A DNA stretch of 64,000 nucleotides. Origin: a virus. Position 1 is the first letter of the stretch; each line of letters starts with the position of its first letter. The translations under genes and the position numbers were made by a program. Below the pieces are notes generated by a model, which had not been told where the DNA came from, did no database searches, and saw only the letters and a list, made by a program, of their open reading frames with translations. The stretch lies in the IMG/VR virus record IMGVR_UViG_3300021420_000026, positions 6,221-70,220 of that record; one strand, given 5' to 3'. This document shows positions 18,381 to 28,069 of this stretch, piece after piece.

Positions 18381-18639
18381 GCGACACCTTGATGCAGGTA
18401 ATGGCGAACGACACGTTGTGGCCGTCGACGACCTTGGAAGGCGGCACGGTCACCCGCATCGCGTCCTTGATGCAGGACTCGAGCGTGGCGTAGTCTAGCT
18501 TGCTGAGCCGGGCCTCGTTGTAGAGTCCGCCGTCGATGTACCCTCGCGCCCGCATCTCGTAGTGAAAAGAGTCCCCGGCGAAAGCCACCGGGGACAAGAA
18601 CGCCATGGCGGATAAGACTGCGGAGGTGAGAGTCTTCAT
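18370..18639 (-). CDS. small secreted/periplasmic protein
   Basis: Start taken at MKTLTSAVLSAMAFLSPVAFA (signal peptide); the region upstream in the same frame is Arg-rich off-frame-like text. Confidence 0.4.
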   Translation of the reverse strand: MKTLTSAVLSAMAFLSPVAFAGDSFHYEMRARGYIDGGLYNEARLSKLDYATLESCIKDAMRVTVPPSKVVDGHNVSFAITCIKVSHGS

Positions 18640-18650
18640 GGCGCTGTTCC

Positions 18651-19094
18651 TTAAAACGGGATGTCGTCGTCGAAGTCTTCGGTCTCGGCCGGCTTCGCAG
18701 CGGGCTTGGAGGCTGCTCGTGCCGGCGCCGCGCGGTCGGCCTTGTCGTCGGCGTACGTCAGCATCTGAATGGTGTTGGCGACGATCTCGGTGCTGTACCG
18801 GGTGTTGCCTTCCTTGTCCTCCCACTTGCGGGTTTGGATCTTGCCCTCGACGTAGAGCTTCATGCCCTTCTTGACGTACTGCTGGACGATGTCGACGAGG
18901 CCGCGCTCACGCGACTGGATGACGACGATGTTGTGCCACTCCGTACGCTCCTGCTTCTCGCCGGTCTCCTTGTCCTTCCAGCTCTCGCTGGTGGCCAAGC
19001 TGAAATTGGCGAACTGCGTGCCGCTCGCGCTCGAGCGGACCTCGGGATCCTTGCCGACGTTGCCGACGAGAATTACTTTGTTGATGCCTGCCAT
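18651..19094 (-). CDS. ssb: single-stranded DNA-binding protein
   Basis: Canonical OB-fold SSB N-terminus ([15 protein letters not shown]...), Gly/Pro/Ala-rich linker and acidic C-terminal tail DFDDDIPF. Confidence 0.85.
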   Translation of the reverse strand: MAGINKVILVGNVGKDPEVRSSASGTQFANFSLATSESWKDKETGEKQERTEWHNIVVIQSRERGLVDIVQQYVKKGMKLYVEGKIQTRKWEDKEGNTRYSTEIVANTIQMLTYADDKADRAAPARAASKPAAKPAETEDFDDDIPF

Positions 19095-19101
19095 GATTAC
19101 C

Positions 19102-19908
19102 TCAGAAGTTACGAATGACGTCGGACTCGACTACGCTGATGCCCGGCAGCTTCGCTGCTACCAGCGCGCCGCCCTGATGCCTCTTGACGAACTCCTTGAG
19201 TGCGCCCTTCGACAGCACGATGATAGCAGATGCCTCCTCTTGGCGTGCGTTCTCGAGCACGAATTTCGCCGCGACCAAGACGTCGTCGACGACGATGTTC
19301 TTCACCGTGGCCGTCCCGGTCTTGATGCCATGGGACTCGACGGCCGCTGCCTTCGGCGCCTCAGCCACCAGCTCTGCGCCGGCATTGAGGATGGCCTCGG
19401 CCTGCTCGAGGTTGAGGTTGGCCCGGGCCTCGTCGGCGAGCCGGCGCGTCTCGGCGTCGATGGCGGCCTGACGGTCGCGCGCAGCCTGCTCCTCGCGAGC
19501 GCGCTTACGCTGGACGTAGTCCGAGATCCTGACGGTGAGCGCGGTCTTGACGCTGAATGCGCCCTGCCGAGCGGAGTTGAACACCGAGTCCACGGCCGAC
19601 TTCAGCTCGAGGATGGGCTTGGTGATGGTCGTGCGGTCGGCCTCGGCCTGATCCAGCACTTTCTTGGCGACACCGAGCAGGGCGCCGGCATTGGCGTAGA
19701 CATTGTCGTCGTCGATGACCGCGGGAACGCGCGCGAGCTGCTGCATGAGGTCGAGGCTCTGGCGCGTGAGCGCGTCCGACTTCGCCCCCAGCTCGGAGAT
19801 GGAGAGCCCGGTGTTGCGCAGCGTCGCCGCGCTGCGGCTGACCACTGCCAGCTCTTTGCTTCCGAGCTGGGCGTTGGGATCGACGGCGTCGATGATGCCT
19901 ACGGTCAT
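19102..19908 (-). CDS. hypothetical protein (Ala/Leu-rich, helical)
   Basis: Start at ATG 19908 (MTVGIID...) with SD GGAG; the longer ORF to 20094 has an implausible Cys/Arg-rich N-terminus. Confidence 0.45.
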   Translation of the reverse strand: MTVGIIDAVDPNAQLGSKELAVVSRSAATLRNTGLSISELGAKSDALTRQSLDLMQQLARVPAVIDDDNVYANAGALLGVAKKVLDQAEADRTTITKPILELKSAVDSVFNSARQGAFSVKTALTVRISDYVQRKRAREEQAARDRQAAIDAETRRLADEARANLNLEQAEAILNAGAELVAEAPKAAAVESHGIKTGTATVKNIVVDDVLVAAKFVLENARQEEASAIIVLSKGALKEFVKRHQGGALVAAKLPGISVVESDVIRNF

Positions 19909-20099
19909 CGGTTGCTCCAGCATTCGATTGCTGTGAAGATTGCCCAGATCACAGCAACTGATGCCCCGGCCGCTAAGGCTGAGAGGATCAGCACGGCTAT
20001 GACTCCGGCAAGCTGTCCCTTGGCGATCAGAGTATAGACGCCCCATATTAGGAATCCGGCAAGGGCTGCGAGAATTGAAAACGCCGCAAAGCACTTCAT
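19905..20099 (-). CDS. small two-TM membrane protein
   Basis: MKCFAAFSILAALAGFLIWGVYTLIAKGQLAGVIAVLILSALAAGASVAVIWAIF; overlaps the downstream gene start. Confidence 0.35.
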   Translation of the reverse strand: MKCFAAFSILAALAGFLIWGVYTLIAKGQLAGVIAVLILSALAAGASVAVIWAIFTAIECWSNR

Positions 20100-20106
20100 G
20101 TTGGCC

Positions 20107-20805
20107 TCAGAAAATTTGTGGGATGCCTGTGGCCGCAACAGTGCGGCCGGTTCCGTATCGTCTGCCGGATAATAGCATGTCCGCGATCTCCTGCGCCTTC
20201 TCCAGCATCAATTCGTGTAGCGCGAGATCGGGCTCCACAACCTCGCGGTGAAGCTGGTCGCCGGGCGGCAAGTCGGGGTGGTACGAGCAGAACCACGCCA
20301 GCGGGTCTCCGGTGACCAGCAGCTGGGTCTGCACCTGCGTGGCATAGACTGGATTCGCTTGCACGCCATCTGTCACCCACTTCATGTGATTGCGGAGATA
20401 GTACGGGCACTTCAACTCGCCTGTTACAGCCAGCTGGCCTGTGAGCTTGGTGACGCGGAAATCCGGCGTGACGGCGATGATTGGCACAGCCTCGTGAACC
20501 AGCAGCCCGGGCTGGTAGGCGTTCACGTCGAACATGAACTCTACGCTGCGCAAGGCCTCGGCCTCGTGCTTGTTGCCCCACTCCGTGTACTTGTTCGATT
20601 CCCCGAACTTCGACTGATTCCAATCCTGACCAGACTTCAGCTCAAACTCAAGGTCATCGAGCATCTTGTTCTTTGCCTTCCTCGTTCCGTAGACGGCGAC
20701 ATGCATGCGCTCGCTCGCGGTGATGCGACCGCGCCGGCACTCGAACCATTCGTCGCTCAGGGGCTCGACGAATCCGGTGACCCTACGCCACGGATAGGCG
20801 TCCAT
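20107..20805 (-). CDS. YqaJ / lambda-exonuclease-like recombination exonuclease (PD-(D/E)xK)
   Basis: RGRITASERMHVAV (YqaJ signature GxITAS), GELKCPYY (ExK) and VTPDFRV (D motif); start at MDAYPWRR. Confidence 0.65.
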   Translation of the reverse strand: MDAYPWRRVTGFVEPLSDEWFECRRGRITASERMHVAVYGTRKAKNKMLDDLEFELKSGQDWNQSKFGESNKYTEWGNKHEAEALRSVEFMFDVNAYQPGLLVHEAVPIIAVTPDFRVTKLTGQLAVTGELKCPYYLRNHMKWVTDGVQANPVYATQVQTQLLVTGDPLAWFCSYHPDLPPGDQLHREVVEPDLALHELMLEKAQEIADMLLSGRRYGTGRTVAATGIPQIF

Positions 20806-21214
20806 CGTCAGCGGCCTCCTTGAGGATTGCGATGGTGGCGGCGAAAACGCCGATGACGGCGATGTAGGTCTCCTTGGGCTCGCCCGGGAGGTCGTTGAGT
20901 GCACTGAGCTTGTCATGCGGCACGCCCGCGCCGATGGCCAGCAGATGCTTGCAGAGGTCGTACTCGCGGAACTCCGGCGTCGCGCGCTCGAGGGCTCCGA
21001 GGAAGCAGAATCGCACCGCGCGCCGCGTGCGCGCCGTCCCCAGCTTTTGCCCGCGCTTGTCTAGGGCGTACGCGCCCTGACACCAGTTCGCCGGATCCTT
21101 GATCGTGCGTGCGCCGTCGAGGATGTACTGCATGTACTTGCGCGGGTCGCGGATCCACCGGCCGTTGCGGCGGCGGCCGAGAATCGCTTCAACCCGGTCG
21201 AGTGCCGTTGCCAT
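20783..21214 (-). CDS. hypothetical protein
   Basis: Start at MATALDRVEAILG; the N-terminal extension in the longer ORF is Arg-rich. Confidence 0.4.
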   Translation of the reverse strand: MATALDRVEAILGRRRNGRWIRDPRKYMQYILDGARTIKDPANWCQGAYALDKRGQKLGTARTRRAVRFCFLGALERATPEFREYDLCKHLLAIGAGVPHDKLSALNDLPGEPKETYIAVIGVFAATIAILKEAADDGRLSVA

Positions 21215-21920
21215 TCTTCGCCTTTCGCGCCAGCTTTCCCTTGGCGTCCTTGTAGTTTGACTCAGTGAGTTCGCCAAGCGCCTTCACTCCGTAGAGCGCT
21301 AGCAGCTTGTCGAGTTCGCTGCCTGTAGCCTTGATTGCATCGTCGAGTTCCTTGACCTTTTCGGCGCCGATCACGGCCGACGTAACTGTCTCGACGTGGT
21401 CGTCGTCGGCGTCAGGCATGCCCACGACGGGGATGCAGAAGGTCTCGAACATGGCGTACTTGTAGGCCACGCTCATGGCCTTCGACGTCGCCTTGTCGGC
21501 GGTATCCATGCCCTCGCCGTATGTCGTGACGAAGTGCCAGCTGCCGTCGTCGGCGCTCACGATCTGGAACCGGGCCTTGACGGTGACGGCGAAGATGGCG
21601 CCGCCTGACTTGGTCTGGCGCTCGCTGGCCTCGCGCTCGAGCACCTCTGGCAGCACGAGCAGACCGTACTTCACCAGCAGCGGGTTGAGAGCAGCGTAGA
21701 CGTCGTCGACGCCGCGGAAGCTGAATCCCTGCTGCTTGTTCTGCCGGTCCTTGGCGATGCCCTGCTCACCGAGTTCTCGCATGACCTCGCGCATGGCCAA
21801 GTAGACCTTGGAGGCTGTCGGCGCTGGCTGCATGCCGTCCGGCGTATCCTTCACCTCGACCCAGTCGCCGGGCTTTTGCAGGCGCTGGATATTACGGGCC
21901 TTCTCAACTTCGGGGATCAT
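21189..21920 (-). CDS. erf: Erf-family single-strand annealing protein
   Basis: ERF-like core VYLAMREVMRELGEQGIAKDRQNKQQGFSFRGVDDVYAALNPLL; adjacent to the YqaJ exonuclease and SSB. Confidence 0.65.
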   Translation of the reverse strand: MIPEVEKARNIQRLQKPGDWVEVKDTPDGMQPAPTASKVYLAMREVMRELGEQGIAKDRQNKQQGFSFRGVDDVYAALNPLLVKYGLLVLPEVLEREASERQTKSGGAIFAVTVKARFQIVSADDGSWHFVTTYGEGMDTADKATSKAMSVAYKYAMFETFCIPVVGMPDADDDHVETVTSAVIGAEKVKELDDAIKATGSELDKLLALYGVKALGELTESNYKDAKGKLARKAKNGNGTRPG

Positions 21921-22291
21921 TGGATGGAGCCTCCGGTTTTACGGGTAGGTGGCGAGTTCGGTTTACTGGCCGGCGCGCCGAGGTGTGCGTGGTAGCGAAA
22001 GTACCGCTCTCGGCAGATGCGGGCGAACAGCGTCTGCGCCAGCGGGTTGTTCAGGGTCTCGATCATCTGGAAGTGCCACTCGAACGGGCACAGGTATACG
22101 CACGCGCGCATGTACTCCTCGAGGGGAAGCGACATCAGCAGGGCGATGGCCTGCAGGACTTCCGGCGGTGCGTCGTAGTCAGAGCCGTCCGCCATCTTCA
22201 TGATGGGGCTCGCGGGAGCATTCAGGTTCAGCACTGCCGGCGCCTTGGTCTTGTTGCGGGACAGCCAGTGTAGCAGCTTTCTCCAGCTCAT
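21917..22291 (-). CDS. hypothetical protein
   Basis: 124-aa ORF whose stop overlaps the Erf start; Cys-containing. Confidence 0.4.
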   Translation of the reverse strand: MSWRKLLHWLSRNKTKAPAVLNLNAPASPIMKMADGSDYDAPPEVLQAIALLMSLPLEEYMRACVYLCPFEWHFQMIETLNNPLAQTLFARICRERYFRYHAHLGAPASKPNSPPTRKTGGSIQ

Positions 22292-22569
22292 GCGCTGGCC
22301 CGGGCCAACTCTTCCTTGGCGGCCTCGGTGATCCCGCGCTCGCGCCCGACCTCGCGGAACTTGCGCACCATGCGCGTGAGCGGGTACGGCGCGCCCTTGT
22401 AGAGCACTGGCTGGATGTGGCGCATCTCGTCGCGCGGCACCACGGAGTGGGCGACGCCGGTGTCCGTGATGCAGGTGATGTGCAGGCGCGTGCGGCCCTC
22501 GCGCAGTAGAGATACGCGCCAGCCCTCGCCGTCGTGGAAGCGCCCGGTGGTGTATTCTGACTCGGTCAT
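22288..22569 (-). CDS. hypothetical protein
   Basis: 93-aa ORF coupled to the downstream gene (ATGA-type overlap). Confidence 0.4.
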   Translation of the reverse strand: MTESEYTTGRFHDGEGWRVSLLREGRTRLHITCITDTGVAHSVVPRDEMRHIQPVLYKGAPYPLTRMVRKFREVGRERGITEAAKEELARASA

Positions 22570-22605
22570 GACAACCTCCTTTGCGGAGGTCGAATTATAC
22601 TCGCA

Positions 22606-23133
22606 TCACTTTGGTTTGTCCAGTAGCGGATGCTTCGGCAGGTTGAAGGCATTGAGGTCGGCGTCTGGGTCGTCGACTATGAGTTCGCGCTCGGCCTGTT
22701 CGACGTCGCGCGTGTCCGTACGGTAGACGCCGATCATGGTGGCGTCCGTGAGCGCGGTCGCGGCGCGGCGAGCCCCCGGCGCGCACGTGACGATGTAGGG
22801 AGCGTCGACGGTCATGGGCGTGCCGCCCTCGCTGACTAGGAGGACGGTGCCGGCGGTGACCATGAACACGTGCTCTACCTTGTGGATCTTGCCGACGGCG
22901 ACGGTGCCGGCGGGCAGGAACATTTCCCTGACGTAGATGCCGTTGATCCAGTAGTGCCGGGTAACCAGCTTCGCGCGCGGTAGTCCTCGCAGAGCTTCAG
23001 ACAGACGCTCGATCTTGTCTCGAGTGACTGTTGTGACAGTCTTACCGTGACGGATGGCTGGGAGATGATCTCCACTCCGAAGTTCATCTCTCTCTGACTT
23101 GACTACGTCAATGATTGACTTCCACTTGGACAT
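22606..23133 (-). CDS. hypothetical protein (first gene of the minus-strand operon)
   Basis: 175-aa ORF starting next to the AT-richer intergenic region 23134-23380. Confidence 0.45.
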   Translation of the reverse strand: MSKWKSIIDVVKSERDELRSGDHLPAIRHGKTVTTVTRDKIERLSEALRGLPRAKLVTRHYWINGIYVREMFLPAGTVAVGKIHKVEHVFMVTAGTVLLVSEGGTPMTVDAPYIVTCAPGARRAATALTDATMIGVYRTDTRDVEQAERELIVDDPDADLNAFNLPKHPLLDKPK

Positions 23134-23380
23134 AAAATTTATGCTGCCTGAAGGTGAGATTTCTGGACATGAGACCCCCTACCCCCACAGGGTAAGGGGT
23201 TCAAATCTGCCTGATGGAGCCGACTCCTGTCATGCTGACTCGCGGCCTTCATTTACCGTGGCGCCGCGATTTAACCCCTGCCACCGCGGCCAGTGTATCA
23301 CGTTCTAGGCGCGCGAGGCTCTAGCGTACATATTGCGATACAGACGGCTCACGCAGCACAAGATGTGGTAGGCTGGCAAA
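23134..23380. promoter_or_regulatory. divergent intergenic/promoter region
   Basis: About 250 bp non-coding, lower GC, between the minus-strand operon start (23133) and the plus-strand replication operon start (23381); contains TTGCGA and TAGGCT-like hexamers. Confidence 0.35.
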
Positions 23381-23716
23381 ATGACTGAGTATATTCAGGG
23401 ATCGCCATGCAAGCGAGGGCACAGCGGAAGGCGTTACGCAATCGGCGGCCATTGCGTAGACTGCAACCGCGCTCTAACAGCAGCCGCAAACAGATTAAAG
23501 CTGCCGCGCCCAACCAGACCAATGCCGGACGCTTGTGAGCTGTGCGAGGCTCCTAGGATGGCGGATAGGAAGCTAGGCCTAGATCATGATCACGAGACCG
23601 GGAAGTTTCGGGGATGGTTATGCAGGCGCTGCAACACCATGCTGGGTCACTTCGGGGATAATATCTCTGGCCTGATGCGGGCCATCGAGTACTTGCGGCG
23701 TGCTATACTTTCCTGA
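23381..23716 (+). CDS. recombination endonuclease VII
   Basis: Zinc-binding CKRGH...CVDCN and the catalytic signature LDHDHETGKFRGWLCRRCN typical of the EndoVII family. Confidence 0.7.
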   Translation: MTEYIQGSPCKRGHSGRRYAIGGHCVDCNRALTAAANRLKLPRPTRPMPDACELCEAPRMADRKLGLDHDHETGKFRGWLCRRCNTMLGHFGDNISGLMRAIEYLRRAILS

Positions 23717-23868
23717 GGAGGTCGCAAACAACCAAGCGACCCGACCCGCGTGCGCACCCTTTGCGGTGGCACCTCGAGAGCGGGCATTACCTAGGCCGGC
23801 AGCGTGTTCGCGACACCGCCGGCCAATTTTTTGTGCTACACTCGGAGCCTTCAGTTCGTGGAGGCTCC

Positions 23869-24255
23869 ATGCACCAAGTCCTCGCCGCGCTAAAAAGCGC
23901 CATTCAACTCGTGCCCCTGAATCAGCCGAGACTCGATTGGGCACACGCGGTGATTGACAAGGCGCAAGACCTGCTCGACAACGGTTGCGGCCAAAACAGC
24001 GAGTTCGAGAGCTTCTGGAAAATCTATCCTCGCAAGGTCGGCAAGCCCGCGGCGGCGCGCGCGTGGATGCGAATGGACGGCGACAAGCACTGGGAGCTGA
24101 TCCGCGCCAACATCAACTCGCGCATTGCCAGCAAGCAGTGGGAGCGCACGCCCGAGCGCGTGCAGTACATCCCGCATCCGACGACGTATCTGAACCAGCG
24201 GCGGTGGCTCGACGAAGGCCTGCCGGTATCACAATCGGGGTGGCGAGATGTTTGA
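23869..24255 (+). CDS. hypothetical protein
   Basis: Start at ATG 23869 with SD GGAGG (MHQVLAALKS...); the longer ORF from 23761 is possible. Confidence 0.4.
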   Translation: MHQVLAALKSAIQLVPLNQPRLDWAHAVIDKAQDLLDNGCGQNSEFESFWKIYPRKVGKPAAARAWMRMDGDKHWELIRANINSRIASKQWERTPERVQYIPHPTTYLNQRRWLDEGLPVSQSGWRDV

Positions 24256-24628
24256 CACAACAGTTGTAAAGTCTCCCGACGTTCATGTGCGGGTAGAGCA
24301 GAATCCTCACGATGCCGCAGACGCTGCGCGCCTATACGGTGAGCTGAAGCGCCGCGCCGAAGATGAGGTGGCTACCGCGGTGGTGCAGAAGTTCGGAGCC
24401 TTCAACGAACTGCGCGTCGTAACAGTCGAGTCGCGCCACTACTTCGACACCAACAGTTTCGCCGCCCGCGTCATCTTCGACCTGAACGGACACCGGTACG
24501 ATTTCATCGTCCACCCGGAGCGGGAGAAGGTCGCGGACGCCGTGCAGCTGGCGGCTTACGAGGGCATCGCGCAGGAGATCGCGGCCATGGCCCTGCGGGC
24601 GATCCTGCCGAGGTATCTGCGGAAATGA
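24248..24628 (+). CDS. hypothetical protein
   Basis: 126 aa; overlaps the previous stop and has an ATGA overlap with the primase start. Confidence 0.4.
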   Translation: MFDTTVVKSPDVHVRVEQNPHDAADAARLYGELKRRAEDEVATAVVQKFGAFNELRVVTVESRHYFDTNSFAARVIFDLNGHRYDFIVHPEREKVADAVQLAAYEGIAQEIAAMALRAILPRYLRK

Positions 24629-26457
24629 CGCCGTCACAGATTTCCGACATGCTGGCCTCTCAGGTAGAGAGCGTCGTCCACGACCTGCTGCCCAACGGTA
24701 AGCGCGAGGGCCACGAGTGGTGCGCGGCCGATACCAGCGGCGCCGCCGGCAAGAGCCTGAAGGTGCAGCTTGTCGGCGCGCGCGCCGGGCTCTGGAAGGA
24801 CTTCGGCGACAGCAGCAAGGGTGGGGATCTGATCGACCTCTGGGCCGCGGTGCGCGGCATAAGCCTCGGAGAGGCCATCAGGGCGGCGAAAGACTATCTT
24901 GGCATCCGAGACCCCCAGTTCGACGGCGGCCGGCGCAAGGAGTACCTGAAGCCCGAGAAGCCAGAATCCCTGAAGCGCCTGCATGCCCGTGACGACGCGT
25001 GGCAGTTCCTGCACGGGCGCGGTCTCAAGCCAGACGTCATTGCGAATTTCAAGGTGGCGACAGCCCACGGAGGCGCCTGCGTGGTGTTTCCCTCGTACAC
25101 GCCCGGCGGCGAGGTGGTGCACATAGGCTACCGCAACGTCGCCGAGAAGAAGTTCTGGGCGAGTAAAGGCACGCGGCCGGTGCTGTTCGGCTGGCAGGCG
25201 ATGCCAAAGAATGCGCGCGAGGTCGTGATCACCGAGGGCCAGCTCGACGCCATGTCCATGGCGCAGTACGGCTTCCCCGCGCTCAGCATCCCCTTCGGTG
25301 CCGGCAAGGGCCACTACGAGTGGATCACCGAGGAGTGGGACAACCTCGAGCAGTTCGACACCATCTTCCTCGCCTTCGACATGGACGAGGCCGGCAAGGG
25401 CGCGGTGGCCGAAGTCATCGACCGCCTCGGTCGCCACCGGTGCCGCATCGTGAGCCTGCCGCGGAAGGACGCCAACGAATGCCTCATGGGTGGCATCGCC
25501 GCCGACATCATCCGCGACGCCGTCTACAACGCGCAGGCGATGGACCCGCGCGAGCTGCGCGTGGCGACGTCGTACGTGGACGAGGTCTACCGGGAATTTC
25601 ATCCATTAAATCAAGCACTTGTGGGCTTCAATCCGCCGTGGCAGCAGCTGGGCTCGCAGTTCGCGTTCCGCTACGGAGAGACCACGATTCTCGCTGGAGT
25701 CAACGGCCATGGAAAGTCAGAGGGGGTCGGACATATCACGCTCGCAGCTCTCGCGCAGGGAGTGCGTAGCTGTGTGGCTTCGCTGGAGTTCAGGCCCCGG
25801 AAGTGGCTGGCTCGTGTCGCGCGGCAGGCGCTGTGTACCTACACCCCCGAGCGTGATCGTCTTGACGCCCTTAATCTTTGGTACGGAGACAAGCTCTGGG
25901 TGTTCGACGTTGTGGGACGAGCCAAGATCGAGCACATGCTAGAGTGCTTCCTCTACGCCTACCGGCGCTATGGCGTGAAGCTGTTCGTCGTCGACAACCT
26001 GTCGAAGTGCGGCATCGCCGAGGACGACTACAACCGGCAGAAGGAGGCCATGGAGCAGTTCACGGCATTCGCCGTCGAGCACGAGGTGCACATCATCGTC
26101 GTCGCGCACATGCGCAAGGGCGACGGCAGCCACGACTACGAGAAGGGCGGGAAGTGGGGCATCAAGGGATCGGGAGCGCTCACCGACCTCGTCGACAACG
26201 TCATCATCTGGTGGCGCAACAAGCCCAAGGAGGACGGCCTCCTCAAGCTGAGCATGCCAATCAACGCCGCCGAGGGCGAGACCGAGGAGGCGCGCGCGGC
26301 GCAGCGACTGGCGCTCATCGAGAAGGCCGACGCCATCTGCGAGGTCGAGAAGCAGCGTAACGGCAGCGGCGAGGAGCCGCGGCAGGCGCTGTGGTTCCAC
26401 AAGGAGTCCCATCAATTCCTAGAGCGGCGCGACGCCGCACCACAGAGGTTCGTATGA
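24625..26457 (+). CDS. bifunctional DNA primase/helicase (Toprim plus P-loop helicase, T7 gp4/P4 alpha-like)
   Basis: Toprim motifs ITEGQLDAMS (ExxD-like) and FDMDEAG (DxD); Walker A GVNGHGKSEG; Walker B LFVVDNLSKC. Confidence 0.8.
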   Translation: MTPSQISDMLASQVESVVHDLLPNGKREGHEWCAADTSGAAGKSLKVQLVGARAGLWKDFGDSSKGGDLIDLWAAVRGISLGEAIRAAKDYLGIRDPQFDGGRRKEYLKPEKPESLKRLHARDDAWQFLHGRGLKPDVIANFKVATAHGGACVVFPSYTPGGEVVHIGYRNVAEKKFWASKGTRPVLFGWQAMPKNAREVVITEGQLDAMSMAQYGFPALSIPFGAGKGHYEWITEEWDNLEQFDTIFLAFDMDEAGKGAVAEVIDRLGRHRCRIVSLPRKDANECLMGGIAADIIRDAVYNAQAMDPRELRVATSYVDEVYREFHPLNQALVGFNPPWQQLGSQFAFRYGETTILAGVNGHGKSEGVGHITLAALAQGVRSCVASLEFRPRKWLARVARQALCTYTPERDRLDALNLWYGDKLWVFDVVGRAKIEHMLECFLYAYRRYGVKLFVVDNLSKCGIAEDDYNRQKEAMEQFTAFAVEHEVHIIVVAHMRKGDGSHDYEKGGKWGIKGSGALTDLVDNVIIWWRNKPKEDGLLKLSMPINAAEGETEEARAAQRLALIEKADAICEVEKQRNGSGEEPRQALWFHKESHQFLERRDAAPQRFV

Positions 26458-26642
26458 AATCTGCAATTAGCACGGTCTTTGGGATGCTTGGTGGCGTGTG
26501 GCTAGCCTCGCTGTTCTACCACAATTTCTTCTACGTTCAAGACTGGACAACGGTGCCGGTGATATTAACCGGGCTCGTGATAGTCGCGATGGGCACTTTT
26601 GCTGGCGTGTTTGTTGGGGAGTGGCTTGAGGACAATACGTGA
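26454..26642 (+). CDS. small two-TM membrane protein
   Basis: MKSAISTVFGMLGGVWLASLFYHNFFYVQDWTTVPVILTGLVIVAMGTFAGVFVG; ATGA overlap with the primase stop. Confidence 0.4.
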   Translation: MKSAISTVFGMLGGVWLASLFYHNFFYVQDWTTVPVILTGLVIVAMGTFAGVFVGEWLEDNT

Positions 26643-26824
26643 TGGAAGACGAGGATCCGGTAATCGCGGCCGGCAAGTGGTTTTTGGCGTCGCTGCAGTT
26701 CGTGGCCATAGTGTTCAGCTTCCTCATCATCATGAACATGGTGACCGAGAACACACGCGGCATCCCGCACAGCATGTGCGTTGAGATGACTCCGGGAGAG
26801 CTGGCCCCGGCGACGCAGCCGTGA
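26639..26824 (+). CDS. small membrane protein
   Basis: 61 aa with hydrophobic WFLASLQFVAIVFSFLIIMNMV; coupled on both sides. Confidence 0.4.
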   Translation: MMEDEDPVIAAGKWFLASLQFVAIVFSFLIIMNMVTENTRGIPHSMCVEMTPGELAPATQP

Positions 26825-27504
26825 GCGACATCGTAGCCTACCAAGGCGAGGTCGAGTTCGACGGCGTGTTCTTCGACGACGTCAGCGGATGGCGCGTGCG
26901 CTTCCGCCTCATCGGCACGCCCGGAGCCGTAGACCGCGCGAACCCAATGAAGAAATTCACGAAGCGCCGCGGTGACCGCGCCGGCACCAGATTCCGCGCC
27001 GCGCTGAACCCCATCGCCTTCGGGCGCGAGTTCGTCGGAGATGTTATGCTGGTCGCGTGGGCCGACGGCACCAGCGGGTGGACGGCCACGTTCGAGGTCG
27101 ATAAGCACCCCGAGGAGTTCTTCGGCAGCTTGCGCCGTAAGGCCGACCGCATCGGCACGCGGTACATGATGGTGCTGGCCGAGATTGATCACGACGAGAA
27201 CGTCGTCAACCAGAAGATGAGGGAGCGCGTCGAGCGCGCGCAGGCCCTCGGCAAACAGGCGCGGTCGCTCAGCAACTTCGCCGCGATGCTCGTAAAGAAT
27301 CCTTCATTCCATGAGTGGCTGCGGGAGACCGTGAACGCCGTCGACTGGGGCGAGGAATCGGCTGACCGCTGGCTCAAGCACGAGCTGGGGATAGAGTCCA
27401 AGGCCGACCTAGATGACGCCCGCAACAGCAGGGCCATCGAGAAGTATGTAATACTACGGGCTCGGTTCGATGACTGGAATGGAGACTCGCGTGAATATCA
27501 TTGA
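26821..27504 (+). CDS. hypothetical protein
   Basis: 227 aa with a GTG start overlapping the previous stop; no recognisable motif. Confidence 0.45.
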   Translation: MSDIVAYQGEVEFDGVFFDDVSGWRVRFRLIGTPGAVDRANPMKKFTKRRGDRAGTRFRAALNPIAFGREFVGDVMLVAWADGTSGWTATFEVDKHPEEFFGSLRRKADRIGTRYMMVLAEIDHDENVVNQKMRERVERAQALGKQARSLSNFAAMLVKNPSFHEWLRETVNAVDWGEESADRWLKHELGIESKADLDDARNSRAIEKYVILRARFDDWNGDSREYH

Positions 27505-28069
27505 CAGCGGCCCAGACTTCTACGTTACGTGGCAAGACCTTGTCGGCATGCTGTGGTCCCGCGTCAAGCGCCGGCTGAGATTGTTTCATGGTCGGCCGCG
27601 CGGCGAGTCTATGACTGGCTCGGCGTGTTACCACGGCTCACTTCGCGTGAAGTCCGCTACGGAGCACGGCGTGCACGGGCTTTACCGCTATCTTATCATC
27701 ATCGCCAAGTGCCGCGGATGCGGCGAGGAATGGCGTCTGCAGGCCCGGAATCCCGGCGTCCTGTCCAGTCGCCCGACGAGTCAACGCTACGACGATTGCG
27801 ATGGGAAGACGATCCATGACGACGGAAATACAAAAGCACTGGACGCGGGTGGCGAGGCTGGGGTGCTGCATTACACACGAACCGAATCCGACCCTGCATC
27901 ACTGTCACGGCGGCTCGTTGCGGACGCTATCGCAAGCCGGGAGGCAGGGTGGGGGCGGCATCCACAAGGGGCTGGGGCAGAAGACCAGCGACTGGCTGGT
28001 GATCCCCCTCGTCGCAAGGCTGCACAGCGCCGGCCCGCAGGCAATCGACGGCGGAAGCATAAGCGTTAA
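27470..28069 (+). CDS. hypothetical Cys-containing protein (frame uncertain; 3-prime half likely non-coding in this frame)
   Basis: N-terminal 110 aa are protein-like (CYHGS...CRGCG ribbon), but the C-terminal 90 aa are Arg-rich off-frame-like and overlap the better-supported ORF 27801-28190. Confidence 0.25.
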   Translation: MTGMETRVNIIDSGPDFYVTWQDLVGMLWSRVKRRLRLFHGRPRGESMTGSACYHGSLRVKSATEHGVHGLYRYLIIIAKCRGCGEEWRLQARNPGVLSSRPTSQRYDDCDGKTIHDDGNTKALDAGGEAGVLHYTRTESDPASLSRRLVADAIASREAGWGRHPQGAGAEDQRLAGDPPRRKAAQRRPAGNRRRKHKR

